Shown here: positions 11,814 through 24,700 of the stretch, piece after piece | Position numbering within the stretch: the stretch's first letter is position 1 | Layout: every line of letters starts with the position of its first letter | DNA from: Octopus bimaculoides | Taxonomy: Eukaryota | Assembly: GCF_001194135.2 (NCBI RefSeq) | Contig: NC_068997.1 | Coordinates: 34,308,298 to 34,366,042 of the forward strand | Direction: 5' to 3' | DNA: 57,745 nt | Made by a program: the position numbers and the translations under genes | The notes under the pieces: model-generated | The model's input: only the letters and a program-made list of their open reading frames with translations | Told to the model about the DNA's origin: nothing | Database searches by the model: none

Positions 11814-14084
11814 CCAAGTTGGTTTTAACGCTTCTAGTTTTTAATATTTTATTGTCTTACAGGTCAATGTTATACTGAAAATTACCGTTGATTAATATCA
11901 AGGGTTAGCGTTGTACTTTCTCTGATGGACATATAGTTAATCCCTTTGTTAGACAATCTAAAATCTCGGAAATGACAGGCAATATCGCAATTAGAAAAAT
12001 AACTAATTTCGACATGTCTCTTTTATGGACAGCAGAATGAAAACAACCCAAACCTGTTGATTTAAAAAGAGGAAAAGTTTAAACTTCTGTGACAACTAAC
12101 GAACACAACAATAATCTGAAGAAGTCAGATGGGTACAATGGCCAAAGATTTGTAAATATTGCAATGGAGATGTGAATAATAGTCCAAATATATAAGTGTA
12201 CAATAATTTTCCAAGAATTTCTCGTGAAAGAAGTAAAAAACAGGACATGCGATTCACACACTGCAGCGGCATTGTAAAAGAACTCGGAAGCTTGGGCTTT
12301 CAACCAGGCCTTTTGCGATACTGTTAAAGCTAGGAGATTTTCAGCACCCTGTTTGTGTGTGTGGGGTGTGTGTGCGCGCGTGTGTTAAAAAAACAATGAG
12401 GCAAACTTTATCCAACATCACCCGATGAGCCCACACCACAGTAAGAAACACAAAGAAAAGCAGCTCTGTTCAACGCATTACTTCATCAGGATCAAGTCTT
12501 GAGAGTGTGGCGGAAACTGACAGCCTAAGAATACAGTAGAATTGAGTATAGGTGGAGTGTATAGATATATATGTATATACGTATATATATNNNNNNNNNN
12601 NNNNNNNNNNNNNNNNNNNNNNNNNNNNNNNNNNNNNNNNNNNNNNNNNNNNNNNNNNNNNNNNNNNNNNNNNNNNNNNNNNNNNNNNNNNNNNNNNNNN
12701 NNNNNNNNNNNNNNNNNNNNNNNNNNNNNNNNNNNNNNNNNNNNNNNNNNNNNNNNNNNNNNNNNNNNNNNNNNNNNNNNNNNNNNNNNNNNNNNNNNNN
12801 NNNNNNNNNNNNNNNNNNNNNNNNNNNNNNNNNNNNNNNNNNNNNNNNNNNNNNNNNNNNNNNNNNNNNNNNNNNNNNNNNNNNNNNNNNNNNNNNNNNN
12901 NNNNNNNNNNNNNNNNNNNNNNNNNNNNNNNNNNNNNNNNNNNNNNNNNNNNNNNNNNNNNNNNNNNNNNNNNNNNNNNNNNNNNNNNNNNNNNNNNNNN
13001 NNNNNNNNNNNNNNNNNNNNNNNNNNNNNNNNNNNNNNNNNNNNNNNNNNNNNNNNNNNNNNNNNNNNNNNNNNNNNNNNNNNNNNNNNNNNNNNNNNNN
13101 NNNNNNNNNNNNNNNNNNNNNNNNNNNNNNNNNNNNNNNNNNNNNNNNNNNNNNNNNNNNNNNNNNNNNNNNNNNNNNNNNNNNNNNNNNNNNNNNNNNN
13201 NNNNNNNNNNNNNNNNNNNNNNNACACACACACACACACACACACACACAAATATATATATATATGTATATATTTTGTATTTGTGTATAGAAGTTTTTAA
13301 AACATATAAAAGAATTAACTTTTTGGAATTCCATATTGAAGGACGGAAACGAAAGCAATTTCCCATAATTGGAACGATTAAACCACTTTCGTCCGTCATT
13401 TGTGATATCCTAGAATACAATAAATGAGAATGTTTTTGCGTCGGACTGACCCTCTACTACATTAACTCGGGACAGGACAATCCTTTACTGACCGATATTT
13501 AATGCCACAGGCCATCGCTAGACTGAAAAGGTCAATCGCGCAGTGGAATAGAAACAAGATTCGGTTGCTTTTATTTTATAAATACTTCATGGGAATTGGA
13601 TTTGTAATTCTCAAATATTTCATTAATTATCGGAGAGACAGTCACCATTATTGGGTTACCATATGACATTGATGCTCAAATAAATGAATTCAACTTCTCC
13701 GAAAAATTTGATATAGATTTAAAACTATTATCGGGCAATTTCTTTTGCATTTGGACGCTACAATTCTTTGCTCGTGCATGTTACGTTAGGTTTGCGTTTA
13801 ATTCTTTCTTCCTTTCCTCAGGACATCTTCCTTCCATCTGTCTGACCCTGAAGTAGAGTTTAAGCTCAAAATGCTAAAGATCTCTCTTAAAAAAAAAAAA
13901 ATTCTTTCTTTAAGTTTTAAATAATTAGATTTTGCTTTCACTTTGTCTTCTATGTTTTTGTTTTTGTTGTATATTTTGAACTTTATATATATATATATAT
14001 ATATGAAGTAGCTTCTAATTCTAAGCTGAAGTGAAAACAGCTTGGACTTTGTCTGTATTGTTACCCTCTTAGAGGATTTAAGTA

Positions 14085-14560
14085 AAATTATAGAAACTGA
14101 GTTCTCGAGGTGTAGTAATTTTGGGAGCTGTACTTTTGTGATCCTTTCTAACAATTCGCGTAAGAGTCCCACGGTCTCTAGCTCAAAGTTTTGGTTTTCT
14201 TCCGGAGTTTTGTTTCGACGAGGAGGCTTTTCCCTCTTTCTCAAAGGTTGTCATTACTTTCGAGACAGTACTTCTTGATACACCAAACATTTCGGCTGTT
14301 TCCGTTACGCTAGTGTCTGCCATAGGAGCACCAACAATTTGACCTCTTTGAAAGTCCGATAGATCTGTTATTTTAATGAATTTTAATTAACTTTTTGTGA
14401 TGATATCTGAAGAGAAACAGCAATTTTAGCAAAACATATTAAACAACACTAATAAAAAATCAAAGAACAAAAATAAACAAGCTTTTGATGATTTTATAGA
14501 TATTTCAAAATTATAATGCTATGATGCGAGGTGTTTCTATTATTTTGTCCAACCCCTGTA
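14085..14560 (-). mobile_element. Tc1-family DNA transposon 5' remnant (left TIR plus N-terminal HTH)
   Basis: TA + CAGGGGTTGGACAAAATAATAGAAACACC TIR (14558-14530, minus). Translation (ATA)TDLSDFQRGQIVGAPMADTSVTETAEMFGVSRSTVSKVMTTFEKEGKASSSKQNSGRKPKL*ARDRGTLTRIVRKDHKSTAPK. No catalytic domain or right TIR seen. Confidence 0.85.
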
Positions 14561-14764
14561 TCCACACACACACATGTACACACACACATAATGGAGAAAT
14601 AATACAAAATGAATAAATAAATGAAGAGTAAAGCACCGGCATAGTTTTGATTACCTGTTGTTATCCGTAGATTTATTGCAGGAACTTCGTAGTGTCGGTT
14701 GGGGCAATAGTATTAATAAAATAGGAGATGGAATATGTAACAGACTTTACACACACACACGCAC

Positions 14765-14818
<54 letters not shown>

Positions 14819-14965
14819 GCACGCACGCACGCACGCACGCACACACGCACAAACATGTGCGTATGTATTGAGAGAGAGAGAAATGTATAATACTCACACA
14901 CACACATACCGATAAACTCGTGTGTATGTGCATGTGCATTGATGCACCTGTAGTGGTGTAACAAT

Positions 14966-15347
14966 GATGGCACCCCGTCGCTTACGACGTCGAGGGTTCC
15001 AGTTGATCCGATCAACGGAACAGCCTGCTCGTGAAATTAACGTGCAAGTGGCTGAGCACTCCACAGACACGTGTACCCTTAACGTAGTTCTCGGGGATAT
15101 TCAGCGTGACACGGTGTGACAAGGCTGACCCTTTGAATTACAGGCACAACAGAAACTGGAAGTAAGAGTGAGAGAAAGTTGTGGTGAAAGAGTACAGCAG
15201 GGTTCTTCACCATCCCCTGCCGGAGCCTCGTGGAGCTTTAGGTGTTTTCTCTCAATAAACACTCACAACGCCCGGTCTGGGAATCGAAACCACGATCGTA
15301 TGACCACGAGTCCGCTGCCCTAACCACTGGGCCTTTGCGCCTCCACT
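14966..15347 (-). mobile_element. Full-length tRNA-derived SINE family C with 12-bp TSD
   Basis: TSD TGGTGTAACAAT at 14954-14965 and 15348-15359. A/B-box head (tggcccagtggttagg, ggtttcgattcc). Close match to the + copy at 45294-45676. Confidence 0.9.
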
Positions 15348-16593
15348 TGGTGTAACAATACAACACAGTGAACATTGTAGTCAGTAAATCCAATTTGAAC
15401 ATAGTTATATATCATCAGCGAAACTAGTTGCTTCAGGACATCTAATTTACTCTTAACGTTGGTATATCTAATCATATAGAGCTTGACTTGAGAATTCTGT
15501 TTAGTAATATACATCTCAATAGCATAGATATACGCAATCGGTGGCGAAATTAGGTACACACATATGAAACTTTGTAGTTATAAAACTTCCAGCTTTGAAT
15601 CGCACTTAATGCAACTTAAGCTTCAGAAGTGGATAATAAAATAATATCTATTTCTATTGCACTGAAATATAATATAGAAAGGCAACAGAATAATACCGTT
15701 TGGAGGAGATGTTAGGAAAGTAAAAGGGGAAGATGAAATACTGTAACTGAATGAACTTTGGAAGTTAAGAGAAGTTAAAAGTATTTAAGAACATGACAAG
15801 AGAAGGTGAAAAAAAATGAAAAAGTGGAAAATGAAAGAAAACAAAAATTGAAAAAAGCAAAAAAGTGTGAGATTTTAATAGACTACACAAATTTCGAAAA
15901 ACCCTTGAAGTAAAAGTTGATGGAATAATGCATAAAATAAAATTAAAAAATCTCAGAGAATTCACGTAGAATCTCGAACGATTTTGAAGGCTTCAGAGAC
16001 ATGAAGTTATAAAATTTTAAAGGTTAAAGGTTTAAAGATAGATGGATAGCTAAATAGGTAGTTATATATATATATATATATATAAAATCCATAAAAATCT
16101 ATGAAATAATAGACTGAAAATGTAATTCAACTTAGTAAATTGATAAAATAGAAGGTAAAGTGTTGACTACGCGCGTTTCGTGGCCACATTATAGCAGAAA
16201 AACCAGTACAATTCACAATAAATTGATCAGAATTATATTCTACTCAAAATATAGTCACTCATCAGGTCTCTGGAAAAAATAAGAATTCAAATAATGTATC
16301 TTACTAATTAAATAACAAAAATATCAGTACATGTAGGAAGGCGCTCGTTAGTACAATAAATGAAATGTAAACGCTTAATACTAATCATTCAAGTTAAAGG
16401 CATAACTCATCTAATAAAATAATATCTGTGGACTAATGGTAAACATGTTTATGAACAGAAGTACATATAAAAAGACAGTGTTATTAAATAAATAAATTCT
16501 AACGTTTAACAATATTAGTAAAATAAACGTCACTTATCGACATCACTTGTGAATTCTAATTTTAAACTTAATACGAAGAATTTATACGAAGTA

Positions 16594-16613
16594 TGTCACG
16601 TGACAATATGGCG
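16594..16613 (+). promoter_or_regulatory. Candidate promoter-proximal motif pair: palindromic E-box (TGTCACGTGACA) plus YY1-like AATATGGCG
   Basis: 12-bp palindrome 16594-16605 directly adjoining AATATGGCG 16605-16613, in non-repetitive AT-rich DNA. Motif-only evidence. Confidence 0.35.
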
Positions 16614-16823
16614 TCCCTCCGTGAACTCAGATATTAAAGCAGAGAATATTAGAAATTCTTTCCAAAGAATAAACGTATTTCGAAGTCACGCTCGCTCTAG
16701 AATTAAGAAATAGCAACCAAATCTTCATCAGTCATCTTACAACCTTAAAAGAAAGATATATTAGTTGTTTTATTAATTAGTCAGAAGATTTTCCTTTTCA
16801 TTTCCTTTTATCTTTTTTACCAG

Positions 16824-16846
16824 AGCCTTTGTGATGGTGGAGAAAG
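16824..16846 (+). other. Candidate 23-nt micro-exon or first coding exon (ATG GTG GAG AAA G)
   Basis: About 30-nt polypyrimidine tract plus CAG (16821-16823), exon AGCCTTTGTGATGGTGGAGAAAG, donor GTAAGA at 16847. No partner exons identified. Confidence 0.3.
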
Positions 16847-17008
16847 GTAAGAATAAACTATGACATAAATTTCTGCAATGGCAAACAGTGCAACAAAACA
16901 CCGTACTAATTGCTAATACAGAACCTAATCAGAATATTTCAATATTTGCATCAGAAAACACTTCCTTAAGGGCGCCCAACGACTTGGTTACCTCCGATAA
17001 TCTCTCTA

Positions 17009-17077
<69 letters not shown>

Positions 17078-17245
17078 GTTACAGTTTCCGACAATGCAGT
17101 TTCACTCATAAGTTTTGAGTCGATGAGAAACTATGGTAAATGAGACTTGCCTTAGGTGTCCAGAAGTGGGATGGAACTCAGAACCGCAAAATCATGTAGC
17201 CAACCCTTTACAAACGAAGGCATGCCTAGATCCAGTATAATTTAT

Positions 17246-17279
<34 letters not shown>

Positions 17280-17789
17280 NNNNNNNNNNNNNNNNNNNNN
17301 NNNNNNNNNNNNNNNNNNNNNNNNNNNNATATATATGGAAAAGAACCAAGTTTCATGAACCAAGTTTTTACCTGTAATTTTGGATTTTGTCCCTATTATT
17401 ATGACACTATATCAAAGAAGAACAACGACAACAGCAATAAAAAATAGAAAGTAACTGGAAATAAACGAACCACCCAAGATAAATTCTAAAATTAACACAT
17501 TTTCGAGGAAACAACAAATATGGGAATCGTGGTCGATAAACAATCGGTAGTTAAGTGCCATCGCTAGTGGCGTGACAACAGCTGGAGCAAGCAAGTATAT
17601 CACATTTTGTGACACCAAAAGTTTGCTAAATAAATAGCTTTGTATATCAAAGAAATTAGTAAGGATTCTGGATATGTGTCCCAAACAACTTAGAGGTGAA
17701 AACTACGGTACTTTAATATTTAAAACAATCCCATCACTTTTGAATGGTTCAGAAATAAGTTTCTTAGACAATAATCAGACCGATACAGA

Positions 17790-17990
17790 CATATTCGCGT
17801 GCATACACACGCGCGCGGGCGCATACGACAAGCTACTTTCAGTTTATGCCTACCAAATACCCTCACAAGGCTTTGGATGGCCCAAAACTATACTAGAAAA
17901 TACTCGCCCAAAGTGCCACGCAGTGGCCCTGAACTCGGAACTATGTGGTTGGAAAGCAAGCTTCTAACAACACACACACACATGCACACA
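17790..17990 (-). mobile_element. SINE family B head and CORE-like region, degenerate
   Basis: Reverse complement resembles the family B heads at 34127 and 23300 (gaagcttgctttccaaccacatagttccgagttcagggccactgcgtggcactttgggcgagtattttct). Confidence 0.7.
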
Positions 17991-18631
17991 CACCCACATG
18001 TATAAATATATAAATATAGTCTTCTTGAATTTAAATACTAAAACAAATATATTAACGGAAAAAAAGAATTCAATGCTAATCCAGAATCTTGTTATTCGAT
18101 GACAGAGATGAAGATTACTTCGAATGTTACAAAAGCCAATCATGTTTTCTGTTGCTGTCACAGATATTGAAATTTTAAAATCATGTGAAAATTTTCAAAT
18201 TTGGTATATTGATGTACTTTTTCACGCTGAATCTAATTTTGAGATTCATTTATTCGATAAAAAAAATTAGAAAAATGTTACAGAGGTTTAAAGCTTGATC
18301 ATTTTTTCCAGTCAGAAAATAGGATTTGTTCATGATAATTGAGTCATAAAATGAAGGTAAACATTGCAAGACGAAGTTTTACACAAAATGAAAGCACTGC
18401 GTGAGAGATAATACAAATATAGAGAAGAGAGAGAGAGAGAGCGAGAGAGAAAGAGAGGGGAGATTTGTCGATTTAAAAGTTAAGTTATTTCTTATTGCAA
18501 ATTATATTTCTTTCTATTAATATTTACGGACAACTTTCCATTTGGAACACAGATTTCAAAAACCAAATTCGCTTTCTTGAGGACGCATGCGCTAAACACT
18601 CATACATAACTACATACACTCCCATTTATAT

Positions 18632-18678
<47 letters not shown>

Positions 18679-18681
<3 letters not shown>

Positions 18682-18780
18682 ATGATGCAAGCAGGGCTCA
18701 AGAGACATTTAAGGAAAAAGGTGAAGACTGAGAAGGTGAATGACAAGGACCTTTTTGTGTGCACAGTCTGTGACAGACCA
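18679..18780 (+). other. Short C2H2-like zinc-finger coding fragment at gap edge
   Basis: AGLKRHLRKK...LFVCTVCDRP, i.e. the end of one finger and start of the next. Could be a LINE C-terminus or a ZNF gene fragment. Confidence 0.3.
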
Positions 18781-19513
18781 NNNNNNNNNNNNNNNNNNNN
18801 NNNNNNNNNNNNNNNNNNNNNNNNNNNNNNNNNNNNNNNNNNNNNNNNNNNNNNNNNNNNNNNNNNNNNNNNNNNNNNNNNNNNNNNNNNNNNNNNNNNN
18901 NNNNNNNNNNNNNNNNNNNNNNNNNNNNNNNNNNNNNNNNNNNNNNNNNNNNNNNNNNNNNNNNNNNNNNNNNNNNNNNNNNNNNNNNNNNNNNNNNNNN
19001 NNNNNNNNNNNNNNNNNNNNNNNNNNNNNNNNNNNNNNNNNNNNNNNNNNNNNNNNNNNNNNNNNNNNNNNNNNNNNNNNNNNNNNNNNNNNNNNNNNNN
19101 NNNNNNNNNNNNNNNNNNNNNNNNNNNNNNNNNNNNNNNNNNNNNNNNNNNNNNNNNNNNNNNNNNNNNNNNNNNNNNNNNNNNNNNNNNNNNNNNNNNN
19201 NNNNNNNNNNNNNNNNNNNNNNNNNNNNNNNNNNNNNNNNNNNNNNNNNNNNNNNNNNNNNNNNNNNNNNNNNNNNNNNNNNNNNNNNNNNNNNNNNNNN
19301 NNNNNNNNNNNNNNNNNNNNNNNNNNNNNNNNNNNNNNNNNNNNNNNNNNNNNNNNNNNNNNNNNNNNNNNNNNNNNNNNNNNNNNNNNNNNNNNNNNNN
19401 NNNNNNNNNNNNNNNNNNNNNNNNNNNNNNNNNNNNNNNNNNNNNNNNNNNNNNNNNNNNNNNNNNNNNNNNNNNNNNNTATATATATATATATATATAT
19501 ATTTATTTATTTA

Positions 19514-19836
19514 TTTATTCACGGCGTACTTCGGTTGCGAATGACCATGGGATTGCACCTAGAAAGTTCCCCCACGAGGCACAACTCCGGGCAAGATTAT
19601 TTGTGGAAGACCAGCAGTCGCCCATGCATACCAATCTCTCTATCCACACCACTGATGTTGTCCAAGGAAAAGGCAAAGGCCAATACAGCTTAGTACCAGT
19701 GACGTCGCAGCTCACTGGAGCAACGTAAAATAAGTGCATCGCTCAAGAACACAGCATACAGCCCGGTCCAGGAATCGAATTTACAACGTCGTGATTGTAA
19801 GCCCGATGTTCTAACCACTGAGCCATGCATCTTCAC
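19514..19836 (-). mobile_element. tRNA-derived SINE (family D-type)
   Basis: Minus strand: gtgaagatgcatggctcagtggttagaaca...ttcgattcctggaccggg...gtgttcttgagcgatgcactt; ends in an AATAAA/TA-rich tail. Confidence 0.75.
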
Positions 19837-20149
19837 ACACGCACACACGCGCACGCACATACACACACATGCACAATAAAAAGAAAAAGACATAAGAAGA
19901 CAAGAAAGAGTTTAGCATTTCTTTAATGACCAGTCAGCGTTGTTTCGGTACCATTCTATTGTTTGATGCCATTGCACGCACAAGTTCCATGTGAAAATTT
20001 ACGTAACATTTTCAGTTTTAAACATTCGAATTTCACTTCATCAGACTTGCTTCAATTAGCGCGCTCATACATTTTGAAACTGTCAAGTGTTTTATTTTGT
20101 TTATATCGGGAGAAAGTAAGTATAAAATAAATAGATATGTAAATATCAA

Positions 20150-20385
20150 TGTATGTGTGTTTTTGTGTTTGTGTTTGTCCCTCGCGACCACTTGACAATC
20201 GGTGCTGGTTTGTTTACGTACATGTAATTTAGCGGTTCGGCACAACTGACCCATACATAGAATAAGCACCGCGCTTAAAAAAAAGTGGGGGAGTACTGGG
20301 ATTGATTCTTTTGACTAAATCCATTCAAACTGGTCCCAACATGGTTGCAGTCTGATGAAACAAGTAATAAAAATAAAAATAAAGT
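20150..20385 (+). mobile_element. SINE family B 3' half
   Basis: tgtgtttgtccc..cttgacaatcggtgctgg..ttagcggttcggc..gaataagc..aacatggttgcagtc..gaaacaagtaataaaa; matches 51460-51675. Confidence 0.75.
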
Positions 20386-21258
20386 ACGTACGTATTTGTA
20401 TATGGTTATCTTTTGGTTTTGATGATGAAGATTCGGTTATTCAATGAAATGAGTTACCTGTTCTTTGCACCAGCATGTAAGTAGGTATACATAGCACACA
20501 CACATTCATTCTTAATGTAATCCCCCGGCACTATGTCACACTATGTGTGACAAAGGTGCACTTTACAATTATGGGTATAATCCATCCACCCATCCAAATT
20601 GCTTGAATGATAGTTTTCGTTTCCTTAATTTCATTCACAAAATATAGATTAAATCGACGCTACAGAAACTGAGACTTGCTGAAGATGTCAAAGAGTGGGA
20701 TCGAATACAGTACCTCGTGGTCTCTTTCTTGTCGAAATATGCTAACGCATATTTATATATATGTAAATAAATATTGTAATATATATATATACATAGAAAC
20801 GCACACATACATATATACACATTTATATGTAGGCTTATATGTATGTATGTATACATATACATACATGCACGTATAAATATGTATATATATATGAAAATAA
20901 ACGTTTACTTTTATAAATATAGGTATGTATATATATATATATGTATGTATATATATATATATATATATATNNNNNNNNNNNNNNNNNNNNNNNNNNNNNN
21001 NNNNNNNNNNNNNNNNNNNNNNNNNNNNNNNNNNNNNNNNNNNNNNNNNNNNNNNNNNNNNNNNNNNNNNNNNNNNNNNNNNNNNNNNNNNNNNNNNNNN
21101 NNNNNNNNNNNNNNNNNNNNNNNNNNNNNNNNNNNNNNNNNNNNNNNNNNNNNNNNNNNNNNNNNNNNNNNNNNNNNNNNNNNNNNNNNNNNNNNNNNNN
21201 NNNNNNNNNNNNNNNNNNNNNNNNNNNNNNNNNNNNNNNNNNNNNNNNNNNNNNNNNN

Positions 21259-21310
<52 letters not shown>

Positions 21311-22015
21311 CACATGCGCACGCACACACACACACTCACGTATATCTTCTACATGCACATATACAAAATATATGATATCAGAAAGGGCTTAAATATGTAT
21401 GTTGATGTATGTAAAAATATAAACGTATACATTGAAAGTTGCGTATTTTCAAGTCATAAAAAGGAACGAGATAATTCATTCTCGAGCAAATTGTCCAATA
21501 ATGTGCAAGAAATGATGTAGTCTGAAGGTTTTTACTGAATATTTCCATTTGAAATGAATGATCTGAAGAAGCTCTAGGAATAATCTGCATAATTAGTCTA
21601 GCATGAAATGTCATTTGGGGGAATTGACGAGGTCAGTCCGATTGAACTATCCTAACCCTATCTTCAAATTCGTGTCACTTCCGGACATGTCAACTCCAAT
21701 GATCGGTCGTATTGGCAATAAGGCAAATCTCAAAGAGCATATGTAAATCAAGTGTTTTTTATCACCGGATCTAACTAAACTGCGGATAGATTAATGAAAT
21801 TCTTTGTAGATGCGTGAGTGTGGGTGTAAGAGAGAGATAGTAAAGGAGCGGAAGTGTAGAGAAAGTGATAAATGGAGTTGGAAAAGATAGATAAGGGATC
21901 AGAGGAGTGAAGTGGAATATATAAAGCAAAAACAACAAAAAACTTATGAAGCAGGTGGATATACGTTTTAATAAGTTCAACTAGAAATGTACTGAGAAAA
22001 ATTTCCATACATAGA

Positions 22016-22395
22016 TTAGTTTCAAATTTTCGAACAAAGATAGTAATTTCAAGGGAGGGGTAAGTCGATTACATCTACACCAGTGCTCAACTGGTACTTA
22101 TTTTATCGACTTCGGAAAGATGAAAGGCAAAGTCGACCTCGTAAAGATGGACAAAATTTTGTCTGGCGTGCTAAAATCCATACATATATTGGTTTCAAAT
22201 TTTGGCACAAACCCAGGATTTTAGGGCGGGGTTAAGTCTATTGCATCAACCCCAGTGCTCAATTGGTATTTAATCTATCGATCCCAAATGGATAAAAGGC
22301 GAAGTTGACCTCGGCGGAATTTGAATCTAGAGCATAAAGATGGACGATATGCCGCTAAATTTCATACATAGCTAAATTTCATACATATATTGTAA
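22016..22395 (-). mobile_element. Two tandem SINE family A copies
   Basis: Two successive units beginning (g/a)gtttcaaatttt, each with gtcgattacatc..cagtgctcaactggtac..ggcaaagtcgacctc. Confidence 0.75.
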
Positions 22396-22424
22396 AATAC
22401 TTTATATTGTATGAAGTATTGTTT

Positions 22425-22775
22425 CTTTCTTTTCTTATGTAGTGTTTCAGTCATTGGATTGTGGTCATGCTGCGACACTGCCTTGAGGAATTTCTAGTTG
22501 AATGAATCGATTCCAGTATTTCTTTTATGAAAGCCTAGTACTTATTTTATAAAACCCCTTTGCCGCTAAGTTATGTGAACATAAACACACAAAAACCAGT
22601 TGTCAAGCGGTAGTGAGTGTCAAACACCAGCACAAAGACACACGCACACATGCGATGGGCTTCTTTCAGTTCCGTCTACAAAATTCTTTGACAAGATTTT
22701 GGCCGGGTCTCTAGTAGAAGACACTTGCCCAAGCTGCCATGCAGTGCGATTGAATCAGTAACCTTTTTACCACAC
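22425..22775 (-). mobile_element. SINE family B, near complete, degenerate
   Basis: Tail (tttcagtcattggattgtggtcatgctg), short internal CA run, CORE-like gaagacacttgcccaagctgccatgcagtg, and head. Confidence 0.75.
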
Positions 22776-23089
22776 AACAACGTCTGGGCTTAGTATACAG
22801 AAGTGCGTTGTGTTGAACCGGCGGAGTCGTGAGAAAATGTTAAATAGATTGCTTTTTCGGTATTTGTTCCGCAACCCCGAGTTCAAATCCCATCGATGAA
22901 ACTTATTATTCATATTTTTGGGGGTTAATAAATAAAAGCGTACAAACACATCGGTGAATGTCGGGCGCTGAAAGAGTTACTTTGCGATATCTCTTCGTGT
23001 GTCTGTTTTCAAATCCCAACTCATGTCACCATGAAAGGCTTACGCTGATTTAAAGTGTCCCCAAGTATTTTCAGCTCTCAATCTCGCTG

Positions 23090-23290
23090 ACTTATACTTG
23101 CTTCAGTCATTGGACTGCAGCCTTAAAGGGCTTAGACGAGCAAATCAACCCCGGTACTTATTTCTTTTTAAGTTTAGTACTTGTTCTAATGGTTCTTTTG
23201 CAAATTTATGGGGACGTAAACATACAAAGCGGTGATGGCGACTAACACAAATACAAAGACACGCAAACACACACACACACATACACACAT
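23090..23290 (-). mobile_element. SINE family B 3' half
   Basis: cttcagtcattggactgcagcc..gacgagcaaatcaaccccggtacttatt..ggggacgtaaacatac. Confidence 0.65.
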
Positions 23291-23299
23291 ACACAGACG

Positions 23300-23482
23300 T
23301 AGGTGCAGCATGGCTGTGTGGTAAGAAGCTTGCTTCCCACCCTGATGGTTATGAGTTCATCCCAGTGCAGGACATCTTGGGCAAGTATCTCCCGCTATAC
23401 CTTCGGGACGACCAAAGCCTAGAGAGTGAATTTGGTAGACAGAAAGAAACCCATCATGTATGTATATATATGTGTATGTGTG

Positions 23483-23542
<60 letters not shown>

Positions 23543-23690
23543 CGTGTGTGCGTGAGCGTTTGGCCTTGTGTCTGTGTTTGTTCCCCACCAGCGTTTAACA
23601 ATCGACCCTGGTTTGTTTACGTCCCCGATAATTAGTAGGCTTAAAAAAAGAAAGAAAGTACTAAGGTCGATCATCATGGGTGTAGTCTCA
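23300..23690 (+). mobile_element. SINE family B with internal (TG)n microsatellite
   Basis: Head aggtgcagcatggctgtgtggtaagaagcttgcttccc, CORE-like catcttgggcaagtatct, about 100 bp of (TG)n, then tgtgtttgttcccc..gtttacgtccccg. Confidence 0.8.
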
Positions 23691-24133
23691 TAACTGAAGT
23701 AAATAACAGATAAACAAAGCAGTGAGCGAGCTTGGGCTGCAGGGGAAGACATTTGCCCTGTACGGCGTATAGTGCTACTCAGTGCTACTGAACCAAAAGG
23801 ACATGACTGAAACGTCTTCATAACATATGCACGCCAGCGCCTACAACTTCAGTCTACTGTCACACACATAGTCATACATTCATAATAGGATCTATATTTT
23901 AACAAGGAAAATCATTTAAAAATATATTTTGGTCGCCGAGAAAGAACTGTCATAGTCGTATTATAAAGGACTATGCATTAATTTATCAGTCAGAGAACAA
24001 TATATGGTCCTGCTATGTACTTAAAGGATATTTCAGGGTCCAGATATCTCAATATCCATCATATACGCACAATCACGCATACACACAGGCATGCCTTCAC
24101 TTGCGCACCCGTATATGCACACTCATACACACA

Positions 24134-24220
<87 letters not shown>

Positions 24221-24409
24221 GCGTATATGTGTGCATGTGTGTGCATTTACATGTGCGAGACTGTGAGAAAGAGAGTGTTGATATAAAACACGCTGAACCG
24301 CCCGATTCCAAAATGTAAGCAGAAAAGTCTTTCAGGAATTCTTATAACAACAGTCTCAACAAGATAAAGCAGCAGCAGCAGCCGCGAGATGATAATAGTG
24401 ATAATAATG

Positions 24410-24426
24410 ATTTGGTAAAGATGATA

Positions 24427-24475
<49 letters not shown>

Positions 24476-24617
24476 CGACGATGATGATGACGACAGTGAT
24501 GATGATGATGATGACGATAGTGATGATGATGATGATGATAATGATGATGATGTTGATGGTGCTAATGATATTGATACTGATTGCCACAAGGATATATTAT
24601 TAATATTATTCTCGTTG

Positions 24618-24680
<63 letters not shown>

Positions 24681-24700
24681 AACACTAACATCAACAATAA
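24410..24700. repeat. Compound (GAT)n/(ATT)n trinucleotide arrays
   Basis: Direct observation. Confidence 0.95.

Noticed and set aside
13798-14244. 148-aa minus ORF as a host gene
   Set aside because: It is an off-frame reading of the Tc1 remnant running into AT-rich and (TA)n DNA.
16583-16594. loxP half-site-like TATACGAAGTAT
   Set aside because: Single imperfect half-site with no inverted partner; expected by chance in AT-rich DNA.
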